DNA of 63,873 nucleotides, filler included, from Diploschistes diacapsis (GCA_023645945.1; 15 parts of 15 records of this genome joined end to end with filler, not necessarily neighbours in it), one strand, 5' to 3'; positions 26,330 to 38,577 are shown, counted from the whole stretch's first letter. Notes: generated by a model from the sequence alone, not told the origin. Numbers and translations: made by a program.

Positions 26330-28100
26330 TTACCACATGAACCTCTGCACCTTGCCCGGCTCGCTTGGCCACGCAAATCCTCTATGCAAAAACATGTAGC
26401 CCGTCGTGGCGTTCACGACCGTGAACCAGATAGTCTCAAGATACAGCGCCCATGATTGACTCGGCTCGGGAACGACGGAATCAAGCCAGCCTTCCTTAGC
26501 AGCTCGTCCGACCCGCACGTCGTCTTCGTCGCTTCCATGTCTTGTGCCGAGGCCGGAAACGCCCTCGGTTGGCACCATGAGACGCCACATCATCCACGGC
26601 AGGATGAAGTACCTCGGCTCCACGAGTGGTGTGGAAGCGAGGGTCATGGTCGAGGCCAGAAGCCAGAGAACGACGGCGGAGACGCGGACGCCATCGTCGT
26701 CGGTCTCCTCTGCCCTTTCCGTGTCTTCGTCCGGCTTTGAAGGGTCGTTGATTCCCACTCCCTGCGAGGCAATCTCCGCCGGCTTCGCTGTCCCTCCAAG
26801 CGCGTTGATGCAGGCCCAGCCGAAGAGAATGTAGAGAGGCGTGACGAGGTACTTTATCGACGGCTTTCTGAATAGGAGGCGGAAGACGTAAAAGGTGTAG
26901 TGCCTGTTGTCCGCCAAGCTGAAGGGATGTACCAAAGTGTTGAAGTGCACTGTCACGAGGGCGACTGCTAACATGGGTATCACGACCATGAGGCGCGGCA
27001 AAGAGGCTTGTGCTGGGTGAGAGGGCTGAAGAGCTCTAGGGAAAAGCCTGACTAGAGTGGGAGGGGCCAAAGAGAGTATGGCTGGTGTTAAGGATGGCAG
27101 TAGCGTTGGGAAGGAGAAGAAGGCTATGTATGGCCAGATGTAGAGCATTTGCATGAGGTGTATAGATGCAATATGATTCTCCCTGTCGCCTGACTAGGCT
27201 GTAAGCGAATATTTGGCTCATCGACCGTTGGGGGCGGATTCGTACATACCTAGAACCACGCCGCGATTCCACAAGACAAACGAGCCAAAGGCTCCCAAGA
27301 GGCAGATGTATGGGAGAAGCGGCACAAGCAGATATCTGAGCCGGGCCACGACCGTGATACCAAGTGAAACAATGCTCTTGAAATAGTCTTGGAAGCTCGT
27401 CAGCGACTTTTCCAGGACGCAAAGCTTCGAGGCTCGACCTACCCTGAAAGCATGCCTCTCTCACCAGGGGATCGTACAGAGAGCCGTGATGCCAACCGGA
27501 CCCGGCAATTCCGAGAAAGCTGGCATCGGCCGGAGAGCCTCCTGCCGCGTTCACTCGCTTTAAGCTCCTCAGCGCCTCCCTGCCGCCGAGGTATACAGCC
27601 ACCCAGAAGATATTGGTCTGTCTGAGCGTGAGGGAAACAAGACCGCCCAACACAACCAGCACGGGCCTTTGCGCATCAAAGGCGTTGCATGTGAGCAGGA
27701 CCGACAGCACGGAGACGACGTCGGTGTAGTACAGAGCAGAGAAGAAGAAGAGAGGAGGAAAGACGGCGAGGTTGGCCGCTGCGTGCGCTGCGGCATTGCA
27801 CCCGCGCGGGCGGAGCCGCAGAATCAGCATCCTATGCAAGCAGAGAAAGATGGCCACCTGGCCGAGTCCGTTGATGCCCCGAGCCAGTCTCGTGGGGTCC
27901 ATGGCCGGGTTGAGCCAGAGTCCGGCGCACATCAGAGGATAGGTCAGGACGTAGCTTGCTTCGGTCAGCGCGTCTCGCCTGGACGGATATCGTTCGGGGA
28001 GATCGGCTCACAGCCCGGGAGGCGTGGTGATTTTGGGATCCCACCAGGACCAGCGCCCCATCCAGTACATGGTCAGCTGGCGGACGTGGAAGAGCTCATC
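26330..28100 (-). CDS. ALG10: Dol-P-Glc alpha-1,2-glucosyltransferase (DIE2/ALG10), 5' end missing at contig edge
   Basis: DELFHVRQ...[64 protein letters not shown] and [15 protein letters not shown]. Confidence 0.95.
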
Positions 28101-28229
28101 CTACAGGGGTTCAGCTGTCCGCGCGACGCNNNNNNNNNNNNNNNNNNNNNNNNNNNNNNNNNNNNNNNNNNNNTTAATTAATTAANNNNNNNNNNNNNNN
28201 NNNNNNNNNNNNNNNNNNNNNNNNNNNNN

Positions 28230-28677
28230 GATAAGCTTTTTACTTCAAGATATTGGAAAACTCTGATAAAAGCGTTCGGCACGAAGCTAAAGCATTCAAA
28301 CGTTTACCACCTACAAACAAACGGTCAAACAAAAAGAATAAATTAAATTCTTAAATAGTACTTACGGCATTACGTTAACCAGGACATAAACAATTAAATT
28401 AAACTATTACCACAAACCGAATACTATCTTAACAACAAATATAGAGAAGTTAAAAAAATTTAAAATATATAATTACTTAATAACGAAATACTAAATAATA
28501 TTGAAAGACTTAGAGTCTTAAGAAAAAATCTTTAGCTAAAAGAGGAGGATAAAATCTATTTATATATAAATAATTTTAAAACACGTAGACCCTTTAAAAA
28601 ATTAAATCACGTTAAAGTCGGACCTTTTTTTATCGATAAACAACCCGTTATACCGGACGAAATCAAACGAGTCAATT
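28230..28677 (+). mobile_element. Degraded Ty3/Gypsy integrase remnant
   Basis: Reads [31 protein letters not shown] (cf. the consensus S.AYHPQTDGQTER.NQ.LE.YLR) and KKLNHVKVGPFFI (GPF motif), with TAA/TAG stops consistent with RIP. Confidence 0.85.
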
Positions 28678-29946
28678 TGGAACATCCTGAACGTTTGTGG
28701 GTTCAAGGGTTGAACCCCGTAGGGCAGTAGGGCTGGCACCCAGACTATTTATTTGTGCCCTACTCCCACCTAAATAGTTCCTTCCTTACCTTTTCAAATC
28801 TGAACCATTCAGCCTACAGATTGCAGCTACACGTGATCCTTCCAGATTAGGCTCAGCCCCTGGTTGTGTAGTATTCCTGTAGGGGCGTTCTATATTCGAA
28901 AAGGTTCTTTAGGGCTACCTGCTCGGCTCAGGACCTGAAGTATTCAGTTTATATTACCTACCTATTTATTTATCTACCTATCTACGAGAAAGAATCTAGA
29001 CCTAATTTTATCTGATGCTGCCTACGCGAGCTGGCGCGTTTTTGAAGATGAAGGTCTACGATATCTAGGAGCGACGAAAACCTCCTACGATAAGTAATAG
29101 ATCGACGAATCAGAATTCTCGATCTAATCAGTATTTAGCTATGGCTATAGCTGAAGTGCTAGATTTAGTTTTATCTGTCGCGATGAGATATTATCTAAGC
29201 GAATAATTTGGTAGTAATAGATTTACATACGACACACTTATCTAGGAGCGACGAAAAACCTTTTAGACGAAAAGAATCTACGATAAGCAGATCGACGAAT
29301 TAGAAGTTACGATCTAATTAGTTACGATGAAAGAGCTGGGGGTCCTATATAAGTTGAATACATCCTATAATCTTTCGAACCTTTATTTTATCAATAAATA
29401 AATCTTCATTTCGTTATCTTTCGAAAGCGGTTTCTGCTGTCACGCTTACTGCTGCTATTACTGCTTTTCGTCCTGGGAGTCGCCTGTTTTTAGTACTATT
29501 GGTTTAATAGCACACATTTTCGACGCCGAAACTTGAGAGGAGTAAGGTCGAGTACGTGTTTACGTGTAATACGGGTTGAAGAGAATAGAAGGAAAAGGAA
29601 CTGGACTAGACCGAAAAGAATATAGGGTATAAGAGGATTAGGAATAGATATCCGAGTTAGGAAAGGGGTTTTGTTTTGGTTTTGTTTTGTTTTGTTGTTA
29701 GGGGACAGTAACAGTTTGGAAAGGGAGATAATAGAACATCCTAATCGTTTATGGGTTTAAGGTTTAAACCCCGTAGGGCAGTAAAGCTGGCACCCAGACT
29801 ATTTATTTATGCCTTATTCCCACCTAAATAGTTCCTTCCTTACCTTTTCGAATCTGAACCATTCAGCCTACAGATTACAGCTACACGTGATCCTTCCAGA
29901 TTAGGCTCAGCCCCTGGTTGTGTAGTATTCCTGTAGGGGCGTTCTA
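28678..29946 (+). mobile_element. Non-autonomous miniature LTR retrotransposon (TRIM-like), full structure
   Basis: Two 215-bp direct repeats (28678-28892 and 29732-29946) with TG..CA ends partly mutated to TA. PBS ATTCGAAAAGGT at 28894-28905, PPT GGAAAGGGAGA before the 3' LTR, and about 840 bp of non-coding interior. Confidence 0.85.
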
Positions 29947-30216
29947 ATAAGAAATAATTAAATCTAGATATCATCTATATAGACTAACGAAAAACAACTT
30001 TCTTTTCTTTTCGACAATATCGAAATTTAATTAAACCACGCTGAACCCTATCGATCATCTATTAATTATCGAAATCCAGCCGAACCGTTATTTTCGTTAT
30101 TAGACCCATTCGATCCTTTCGTTAATTATCGATCTTTAATTATATTATTATTAAATCTACTCGATTATTTAATAATTATCCAAGTTTAATTAAATCTTAT
30201 TAAACCTTTCGATTAC

Positions 30217-30470
30217 TGTTTGGCAACGTAATGGATATATTGAAGTCTAGAGGTCTTAACTATGAAGTTATCCTACTGCGCAGACTTTATACCTTACGGG
30301 ATACACTAAGCTGCGCCTCGTTATTACCCTTAACTAGGTCTAGTTCCAACTCCAATATCAATACTAATAGATAGGAAGTTTAGCTGAACTGAACTTCTTA
30401 ATTTAGATGAACTGAATCTAATGAAATTAAATCTAGCCTATAGCCATGCCTTCTACCTATCTGCTTAACA
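30217..30470 (-). mobile_element. Copia-family LTR (same family as 39539-39753)
   Basis: TG...CA ends; reverse complement matches TGTTGAGCAGACAGGCAGAAGGCATGGC...CATTACGTTGCTAAACA. Confidence 0.75.
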
Positions 30471-30999
30471 CTCCTTCACAGGCGGAATCATCCGGTATGT
30501 CTATATAATCCAACTAGATATCTTTTAAATTAAACCGAGTCCCTTAATGAAGGCGTCGAACTTCGAGTAATTCAGTAACTTCGTAAACCTATCAATAATC
30601 ATTTTATCGATAAAAACATAAAACACCTTAATCCGTTCTTACTTAACAAGATCTCGTACGTAATAATAAACGATATTGACATACTTTAAACGATCGTTAA
30701 TTCTTACGTGTTTCATTAAATCTAAAGAACCAATATTATCGCCGAATAGATTAATAGAATATAAAGATGGTTCTATAATATCAGGATAGTTAATATTTTT
30801 CAGAAATTATAAACACTATAGAACTTATTTAACGGCATAAAATAAATCAATATATTTAATTTCGGTAATTGACGTTAAAACCGAATTCTGTTTCTTGTTN
30901 NNNNNNNNNNNNNNNNNNNNNNNNNNNNNNNNNNNNNNNNNNNTTAATTAATTAANNNNNNNNNNNNNNNNNNNNNNNNNNNNNNNNNNNNNNNNNNNN

Positions 31000-31180
31000 A
31001 TATTAATATTTTAAAAATTTTAATTATAATATCCGTGTCCGTGGATTTACGGAAGTGTAATATCCGTGTTAGTATTAATATTTTAAAATTTTAATTGTCG
31101 TGTCCGTGTTAGTGTCCGTGTTTTGAAAATTTTTGCTGCAGTGTCCGTGTCAGTGACCGTGGCACGAAACGGCCAGCCTA
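31000..31180 (-). mobile_element. hAT-type MITE end (partial copy)
   Basis: Ends in GGCACGAAACGGCCAGCCTA (reverse complement of the left TIR) with GTGTCCGTGT subterminal repeats. Confidence 0.8.
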
Positions 31181-32630
31181 GTTTGGTCTATGCTCGGAAC
31201 TTAATGATTATTAAGATGGTACATGTTTAGTTTCCTTGTTCTGGCCTTTCTTCTGGAAGATCTATTTATATTACTTATTCGGTTCCGAGAGTAAAGCGGG
31301 TTTATGAGTTCGTAAATCTCTTTTATTCAATAGATTAGAGATTTTGTTTATTAATGATATTTAATAGGTATTTAATTTCTTTATTTCGGAACTGCGTCGG
31401 TTTATGTTCGACGTTTAACTCGCTTAGGATTAGAACGTATTTATTTTTGCGGATTTTTTGGTTCGATTCGGCGTATAAAGAACGGATTTAGACCGTTATT
31501 TGGCTCGAGAAAACATTTACGGGGTTAATAGGTTTATCGATACGTAAATATATTAAATATTTAAACGATTATAACGTTAATATAATAATTTAGATCCCGG
31601 AACGTTATCGATTATTAATATTTACGCTTATATAAAACGCGGGTCGCGAACGATGTTTTTACGAATTAAATTATTAATTTAAAACGAATAATTTATTAAT
31701 TAAATAATTTAGATTTATTTAGGGTTATTCGTAGTTATCGCGACTTATCCGTATCGACGTCGGTTCTTATATCTCGTAAATCTAGCGTTAGTTTTTTCAC
31801 GCTTTTTTATGTTTTTTTTGGTTCGGAATTTTTTTATATTGATTTAATCTCGTTTGCCGCGTTCGTTCGTTTTTTATTTGTAGTTCGTATAGAGCCTGTG
31901 GTTGTTTCGTTTGATGTTATTTTTATTAATTTTAGAGCGATAATCGAGATTTATATTAACGGTTTTTTCGCGTTTTTTTTCGATTTCGTTTCGGGGTTTA
32001 ATCGTTTATTACGTTCTATTGATTCTATATAAAGTCTCGATAAGTTTATTTTATTAAAAGAATTTTTTTAATTAATATTATCGAGTAGTATTTAAAGTAA
32101 ATACGTTTGATTCGAGTCGGACCTCGGCGTCGGAATAATTGTAGAAAAAAGAATATACGGAGTTTATAAGATTTAGACGATTTAGCTCGGCGGTTGTAAC
32201 ACGAATTGACGTCGGTTAGGGAACGGAGCCAAACGAAGGAAAGAGGATTAGGAAAGGAGCCGGAACGGGCTCGGGGAGTTATAAGAAGGGATATTCGATT
32301 ATTTAAATAATAAGGCTCGATGTATTTATGTTTTTTTGGGTGGTTTTGTATGTATATTTAAGTTTGTTAATATCTTTAGGTAGCTTTTATAGATATAAAT
32401 AAAATCATATTTATCTTTTTTTTGGTCTGCCCTTTTTGGGCCACGAATGATGTTTATTATAATTATCGATTAAATTTTGAGATCCTTATAAGTTTTGGAT
32501 TTTGATTTATGAATTGTATTTATTTGGCTAGTTTAATTATTTTATATAATATTATATAATGTTCTTTTTCTTTATTCTGTTTAGTAATTTCGCGACCTCT
32601 TATTCTTATTAGTTATTCATTAATTTTAGT

Positions 32631-33145
32631 TAGGCTGGCCGTTTCGTGCCACGGTCACTAACACGGACATTATAGCAAAAATTTTCTAAACACGGACACT
32701 AACACGGATATTATAATATAATAAAAGTATTAACACGAATATTATAATTAAAAATTTTAAAACACGGATATTAATACGGATATTATAATACCGTAAAAGC
32801 ACGGACACGGACACTATAATTAAGATTTTTTAAACACGGATATTAACACGAATATTATAATATAATAAAAGCACTAACACGGACACCGCAATATAATAAA
32901 AACACGGACACGGGATATTATATTAAAATATTACCGTAAATCTATCGAAACACCGTAATAAAAAAATAATAATATAAAAAATAAACGTAATAATTCTAGA
33001 ATTATTGAAAATAAATAATATTTAAAAATGTTTCGATAAATATACGGATATAATAATAAATTTATTAATACGAATATTATAATTAAAAATTTTAAAACAC
33101 GGATATTTCTACGGACATTATATTATAATAAGAATACGGACACGG
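32631..33145 (+). mobile_element. hAT-type MITE, interrupted by an LTR
   Basis: Starts TAGGCTGGCCGTTTCGTGCCACGG; many ACACGGAY repeats; colinear with 43262-43799. Confidence 0.8.
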
Positions 33146-33599
33146 TATTACGATCCAAGGTACTGTTCGGCGATACTTGGCACGCAACAGCTAGTCGGGC
33201 ACTTTCCAGCCATTCCTTATATATAGTCCAATTAAGGTAACACGGGTCACGTGATGAGTAAAAAGTCTTAAAGACTATTTTACCTAATCGTAGGTAGAAA
33301 GGAAGAACGGTAATTCTATTTATCTATTTATCTATTCTGTTAAGGGAGTTATTGATTATATAAGAACGTCGTCATGGCCTTCGTGAATTTAGGACGTGTT
33401 TATTTTTATAAATATCTTAAGTTATTGCTCGGGATCAATTTATATTCGTTACTTTTATTATTTTAGAGCTTTTTTATTAAAGATAGTCTAAGATCTGTAA
33501 TTATTCTACCTTCTTTTTCTATTATATTCTTCTTTTAATAGAGATTAAATTTATCTTGATCTTATTCGTGTATATTTTATATAGATAGAGATTATAACA
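33146..33599 (+). mobile_element. LTR of about 454 bp from a further retrotransposon family
   Basis: TATTACGATCC (from TGTTACG)...ATAACA ends; reverse-oriented copies at 44809-45248 and about 39350-39538. Confidence 0.7.
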
Positions 33600-34160
33600 C
33601 TTAAATATCTTTAAAAATAAGTATTATTAATAACATAACCGAGCGATCGTTATCGATGGCTAAATCNNNNNNNNNNNNNNNNNNNNNNNNNNNNNNNNNN
33701 NNNNNNNNNNTTAATTAATTAANNNNNNNNNNNNNNNNNNNNNNNNNNNNNNNNNNNNNNNNNNNNTCGTACAAGTAATTTTATGTGTAGTTGTGGGGCT
33801 CAAAAGCTCGCTTAAAACTATCTAGCGCATCTACATTATAATGTAGTGAGCCGCTTTGTGGTGTGATCCGTTAAGTGGTGAAACATCAGCCTCTTCGGCA
33901 AAACCCTGACCCTTCTCCTTTCAGCACCCAGTCACTGACAATAGTAAGCTGCAGTTGAACGCTCCACTTTCTCTCGGCCCGCGATATTCCTCATCTTCTT
34001 CCTCGAAAGATCTTTGTTCTCCTGAGTTGACAAAGTTGCTCGTGTGTCCTGCTCGGTCCACCTTGTAAATCATTCCTGCCCATGCTTGCCGGATGGAGCA
34101 CGTGAAAGAGGGGGGGGACTGCATTGTGGGTTTCCAGAGCTGCTTGGCTCGGACATCGTA

Positions 34161-36070
34161 ATGGCAGCTGCAGCTTCAAGCTCGAAGAGACCATGGCAGG
34201 AAGAAGGAAATCAAAGCACAAACATAGACGCTGCTGAACCCTCCCGAGAGGGCTCCGAATCCGAGAGGGCATCTACGTTTCGAGCTTCCAGTGAAGGGCT
34301 CTCTAAGCGCGACCAACCGGCGGCGCATAAACCCAGTTTTCCGGGCGTTCTTAAAAATGAAGCCTCCAGATCGGCGAGGCAGAGCGCATTCTATGACCTA
34401 ATTAACGGCTCGGACGAAAGAAACGCTACCGCAGGCTCATCTCCGACACTTGCTTCGAAGCGAGTTCGTCTCGATCCGTCATTGGTAGACAATGGGACGT
34501 TTAAAGAGCAAGTCTCCGCTACAAGACCAATGACACAGTACCATCCTCACCGCCCTACTGGGGCTGGTGGGTTTCTTGAGCCACGTGTCACGGACAGCGC
34601 ACCGCACGACGTCAGGACTCGTGGAGATCGTTTTCTATCTCTTGACGGTCCCCGGCCCTACGAGCCGACCTTCCCAGCTGCACAACGATCGCGAGACGCG
34701 ACCATGCACGCTGACAACAGAAGCGTGATTCGAGAGGATGCCGTTCGCACCTGTCCCGTTTGTGAGAAGGCGCATTCCTTGGCACCTCAGATCGCAAAGG
34801 GGTTGGAGAGCTTGCACAAGCAATTGAAACATGTACTGGAAAGAGGCAGGAGTGTCTCTACTTCAGAGGTGGGCCAAACCGAGTACTCGGACAGGTTCTG
34901 GCATTTCTGACCCGTTTGCAGACCGTTCCATCGCCTGAATGTACTATTCAGAACACGACGGACAAGTTGATCGAAACACTTGACTATAGCATTGATAAGC
35001 TGAACGAAAACGTGAAGGTTGCAAAGGAGATGCTGTACAATTTGAGTCTCGACGATCGATCGCCCAGTGATGGCTTTGGCAATCATACCCCGTACGGAGA
35101 AAAGCAAATGGCGCGCTGGGAACAGAGCGAACGACTATCAGCACGAAGCTCTCATGCTTCGCCTCGCAGCAGCAGCGAAAACCTACGGCAACAGGATTAC
35201 CCAGCCTTTGTGGGTAGGGATGAGAGGACGCAAGCCGGTTACTACGGTCATGGTGCCCACCGGCCGAGTTCTCCAAGCAGGGTCCTCCCATCACCACCGA
35301 ATATCACGTTCAAAACATCTGCGGGTATTCTTTCCCCAATGTCGCCTTCCGTCATAGGCTCTAATGGACAGTCGCCCCATACCGCTCATCTGCAAGATCT
35401 TCAACACCAGCTAAGCACAAAGTCCCTTGCGCATCAGATTCTGCAAGGGGAACACGAAAAGCTGTTGTCGGCCTACTCTCGCTCCCAGAGTAGATGTGCC
35501 TCTCTCGACAAAAAGTCGCAGCTTTCCGATGCCGAGATCAACAACCTATCCGACGACCGTCTTAGGCTACAGACTCTCGTGGAAACTCTTGAGCAGCAGA
35601 TAGAGGAGCTGCAGCAAAGCCGGGACGAGGCTCACAAGCTGTCCATGGCCAGTGGCTCTCAATATATGCAGATCATGGCCATGTCGTCCAGGCTGCAGGA
35701 GAAAGGAGCTGTCGAGCTCAAGAAATACAAAGCAGACCGAGAGGACTGGTCCAAGGAAAAGGACGATCTGCTTGCGCGCATCACCAGTCTAGAAAATTCT
35801 GCTGGGCAGTTACCCAAGCATGACCTTGACCACCAAGCGCAAACGTCAGATGAGCAGACACAGAGCGAGGAGGCGGAGCTCTCTGCTATGTCTTTTGAGC
35901 GGCTCAAGGAAGAGATCACGTCATTGCGTCGAGGCAAGCGCGATGCAGAATCGTTAATTCGGGCGTTCAAGGACGAAGGCAGTGTCATCCGTAAGCTCAC
36001 TGAAGAGTTGACCGGTGCCGGAGAACGCCTGGCGAAGATTGATCCGAAGGAGTCTGTAGGGGCCGAGTAG
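34161..36070 (+). CDS. Fungal coiled-coil protein of unknown function (2 exons)
   Basis: ATG at 34161; an in-frame GT..CTGAC..CAG intron at 34869-34921 joins ORFs 34044 and 34916. Heptad-rich C-terminal half (AHLQDLQHQLSTKSLAHQILQGEHEKLL...YMQIMAMSSRLQ). Confidence 0.8.
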
Positions 36071-36769
36071 CACACAGCACTACTCGCTCACGGTAGTGGC
36101 ATGATTTTATCACGAATGGACGGGACAATCGAGGTATCCCCTGAAGCTTGATAGAGATCTGTCATGAATCTTTTCCAGATCCCAGATCGCTGCATTCGAA
36201 AGTTCATACAGAGGAATACAGCAACCAGATGTTCTTATCTGCAGCGACCAAAATCCGCGCTGAAGATGCGAAGTTACTTCCCTCCACGATCGAATACACG
36301 GAGTTCTCCTGTAGACGTGGCTTTGCCCTCCGAAAATAGGGCTAGTGTATGATACTGAGTGTATTTCCGTAATGATTTAGGAATTCTGTCCTTAGGCTTT
36401 CCCCTTCCCCTTCCGCTTTGCTTCTCTCCCTTCNNNNNNNNNNNNNNNNNNNNNNNNNNNNNNNNNNNNNNNNNNNNTTAATTAATTAANNNNNNNNNNN
36501 NNNNNNNNNNNNNNNNNNNNNNNNNNNNNNNNNTATTATAATTTCGGAATAATAACGATATAGATCGAGTTAACTATCTAATCTTTTAATAAATAATAAA
36601 AGGACTATAACAGTAATATTAAAAGATTAGAATAAAAAAGAAAAAATTAATTATAAAATTAAACGAGTAATATACTAAAAATCGGATAAGCGGCGTTCAG
36701 GGTCTTGGCTTGCTGGTACTTGAAGGGGGATTTTACCTTTCTTACTCTCTCCTCTTCTTTAGTAATTAG

Positions 36770-36935
36770 TCCTAGCATGAACCTGCCCTGCGTACAGCCA
36801 TCTTGCCACATTGTCGTATTCCACCCTTTACAGATAATAAGGCTTAACGGATCCCGTGGGAATAAAAGTTTGTAAGTAGAATAACCTCCTATATAAGACC
36901 TCTAGACTTCAATATATCCATCACGTTACCAAACA
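36770..36935 (+). mobile_element. Copia-family LTR 3' part (left boundary approximate)
   Basis: ...TAAGACCTCTAGACTTCAATATATCCATCACGTTACCAAACA matches the 3' end of LTR 39539-39753. Confidence 0.65.
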
Positions 36936-37854
36936 GATCCAACATTTATACTGGATTGTGGGTTAAATAATGTTGGATTAGGAGATCCAACATTACTGGA
37001 GATTACTAGTATTAATCAGGTAAAAGTATCTATAAAGGACCTCTTACCTCCCACTATTTATAGCGATTATCTTCATCTTCATTAATTAGGTCCTACAATA
37101 ATAATACTTTATTATTGTACTTATGCAAGCTATTTAGCATTTATTTCCCCAGTCATCCATTGCCTATTTAGCGATCCCACTTCCCATATTCAACAAAACT
37201 CTAAAAAGAAACTTTAAAACTGAATGTACGAAAAATATTGAAATCAAAATATAAATAGTTAAATAATATTTCAATATCGCTGTTATATAATTAATATTTA
37301 TACACTATAAACCGCCTAATAAAATCTAAAACAAGGCGTAATTAAATTTATATAGGACCTAATTTAAAACCCACGGGGGATAATTTAACCCCATAGATTT
37401 CATATCGAGAAAAAGTGGCACAGTTCCTGCTCCAGAATTGAACTATATTTTTTAGCTATATAACCGTTTTAAACCCCAACGGCTGAAAAGCGGTTATTTG
37501 TTTTCGCTAACGAGTAATAGACAAAGCATCTGTTTCCGGATGTCGTGAATTCGCGTGCTCTACTAGATTTCCCAGTTGGTGGTATGTAAGATGGGTAAGG
37601 GATGGCGGGTCGCTCGAGCTGTTAGGCCAGTCATTTTCTCCAGCCAGTCTTGTATAGACCGATGAATTAAATCTATACCTCGACGCATAGTGTTTCATTT
37701 TGGGAATTTAGCCATTAGGAAAGAATCAATGATTGAATAGGTGTTTATAGTTGTAGGTATAGGACCTCTTTGACGGCGATTATTGTATAATAATCGAGTA
37801 ATAATAACACTCCTCCATAACCTTGAATCCCAAGGTATCCCCCCTTTCCACCTT

Positions 37855-38214
37855 CTAGCACGTTCTATGGCAACTCCAGCAAGTCCATAGGGACTGTCCC
37901 GGTTTCCTCTCGCAAATACCCCGGCAGTCGCGATGGGGGCAACGGCGGGGACTGCGGGCCTGTAATCGGAGGAGGGCATTGGCGGCTTCATCGGCGTCCC
38001 GGAGTGCGATATCGCTTAAAAAGTCCTCGTCTCTGGCTGATAGATAACCGTGGTTTACATGACCTTGAGCGAAGGCTCCAGCTTCGGCCTCAGGATAGGC
38101 GTTACGGGTGTAAATATCGCGGGGAATATATTGTGCATTAGCGATAAAAGTAGAGAAAAGCGCTGTTAAGGCCAGCCCGGATAGAATCGATGTGATATGA
38201 ATTAAGTGAAACAT
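37855..38214 (-). CDS. Small secreted prepro-protein (119 aa) with a C-terminal 32-aa six-cysteine cationic peptide
   Basis: Hydrophobic signal MFHLIHITSILSGLALTALFSTFIANA; an acidic pro-region with ..R-D/N-A.. repeats; LQAR|SPRRCPHRDCRGICERKPGQSLWTCWSCHRTC*. TATAAAA lies about 150 bp upstream. Intronless and intact. Confidence 0.85.
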   Translation of the reverse strand: MFHLIHITSILSGLALTALFSTFIANAQYIPRDIYTRNAYPEAEAGAFAQGHVNHGYLSARDEDFLSDIALRDADEAANALLRLQARSPRRCPHRDCRGICERKPGQSLWTCWSCHRTC

Positions 38215-38577
38215 TTTGTTTGAAGTAAATTGACCAAGTACAGTCGAAAGATATTTGATTAGAGAAGTATCGAAGGAAAGGAGGTTTAAATATGTGATGA
38301 AGAGGCGCGGCTGATGGTTGATGGTGTAGGAGAGAAACCGAGCGGGGAAAGCGCTTTCTTTTATAAAATGCGGCGATAGCAGCCAATTGCCATACACTGA
38401 TTTACTACCAGCAGGAAGCTCTGGCGGAGCAAATTAACCATAACTGGTAGCCAATTTCTTTTAGAAAGGGGCGCAGGAAAGGATTATGTGATCAAGGGCT
38501 GAGCCTGGTCTAGGAAGGATTACGGTATAAACTAGGCCGATTCATGCCACGGACTATAACACGGACACCGACCGAAT

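Noticed and set aside
36968..37010. Hairpin followed by CTAG|T, resembling a Helitron 3' end
   Set aside because: The second copy (about 57219-57270) lacks CTAG at that position and homology continues past it; the stem is also AT-rich.
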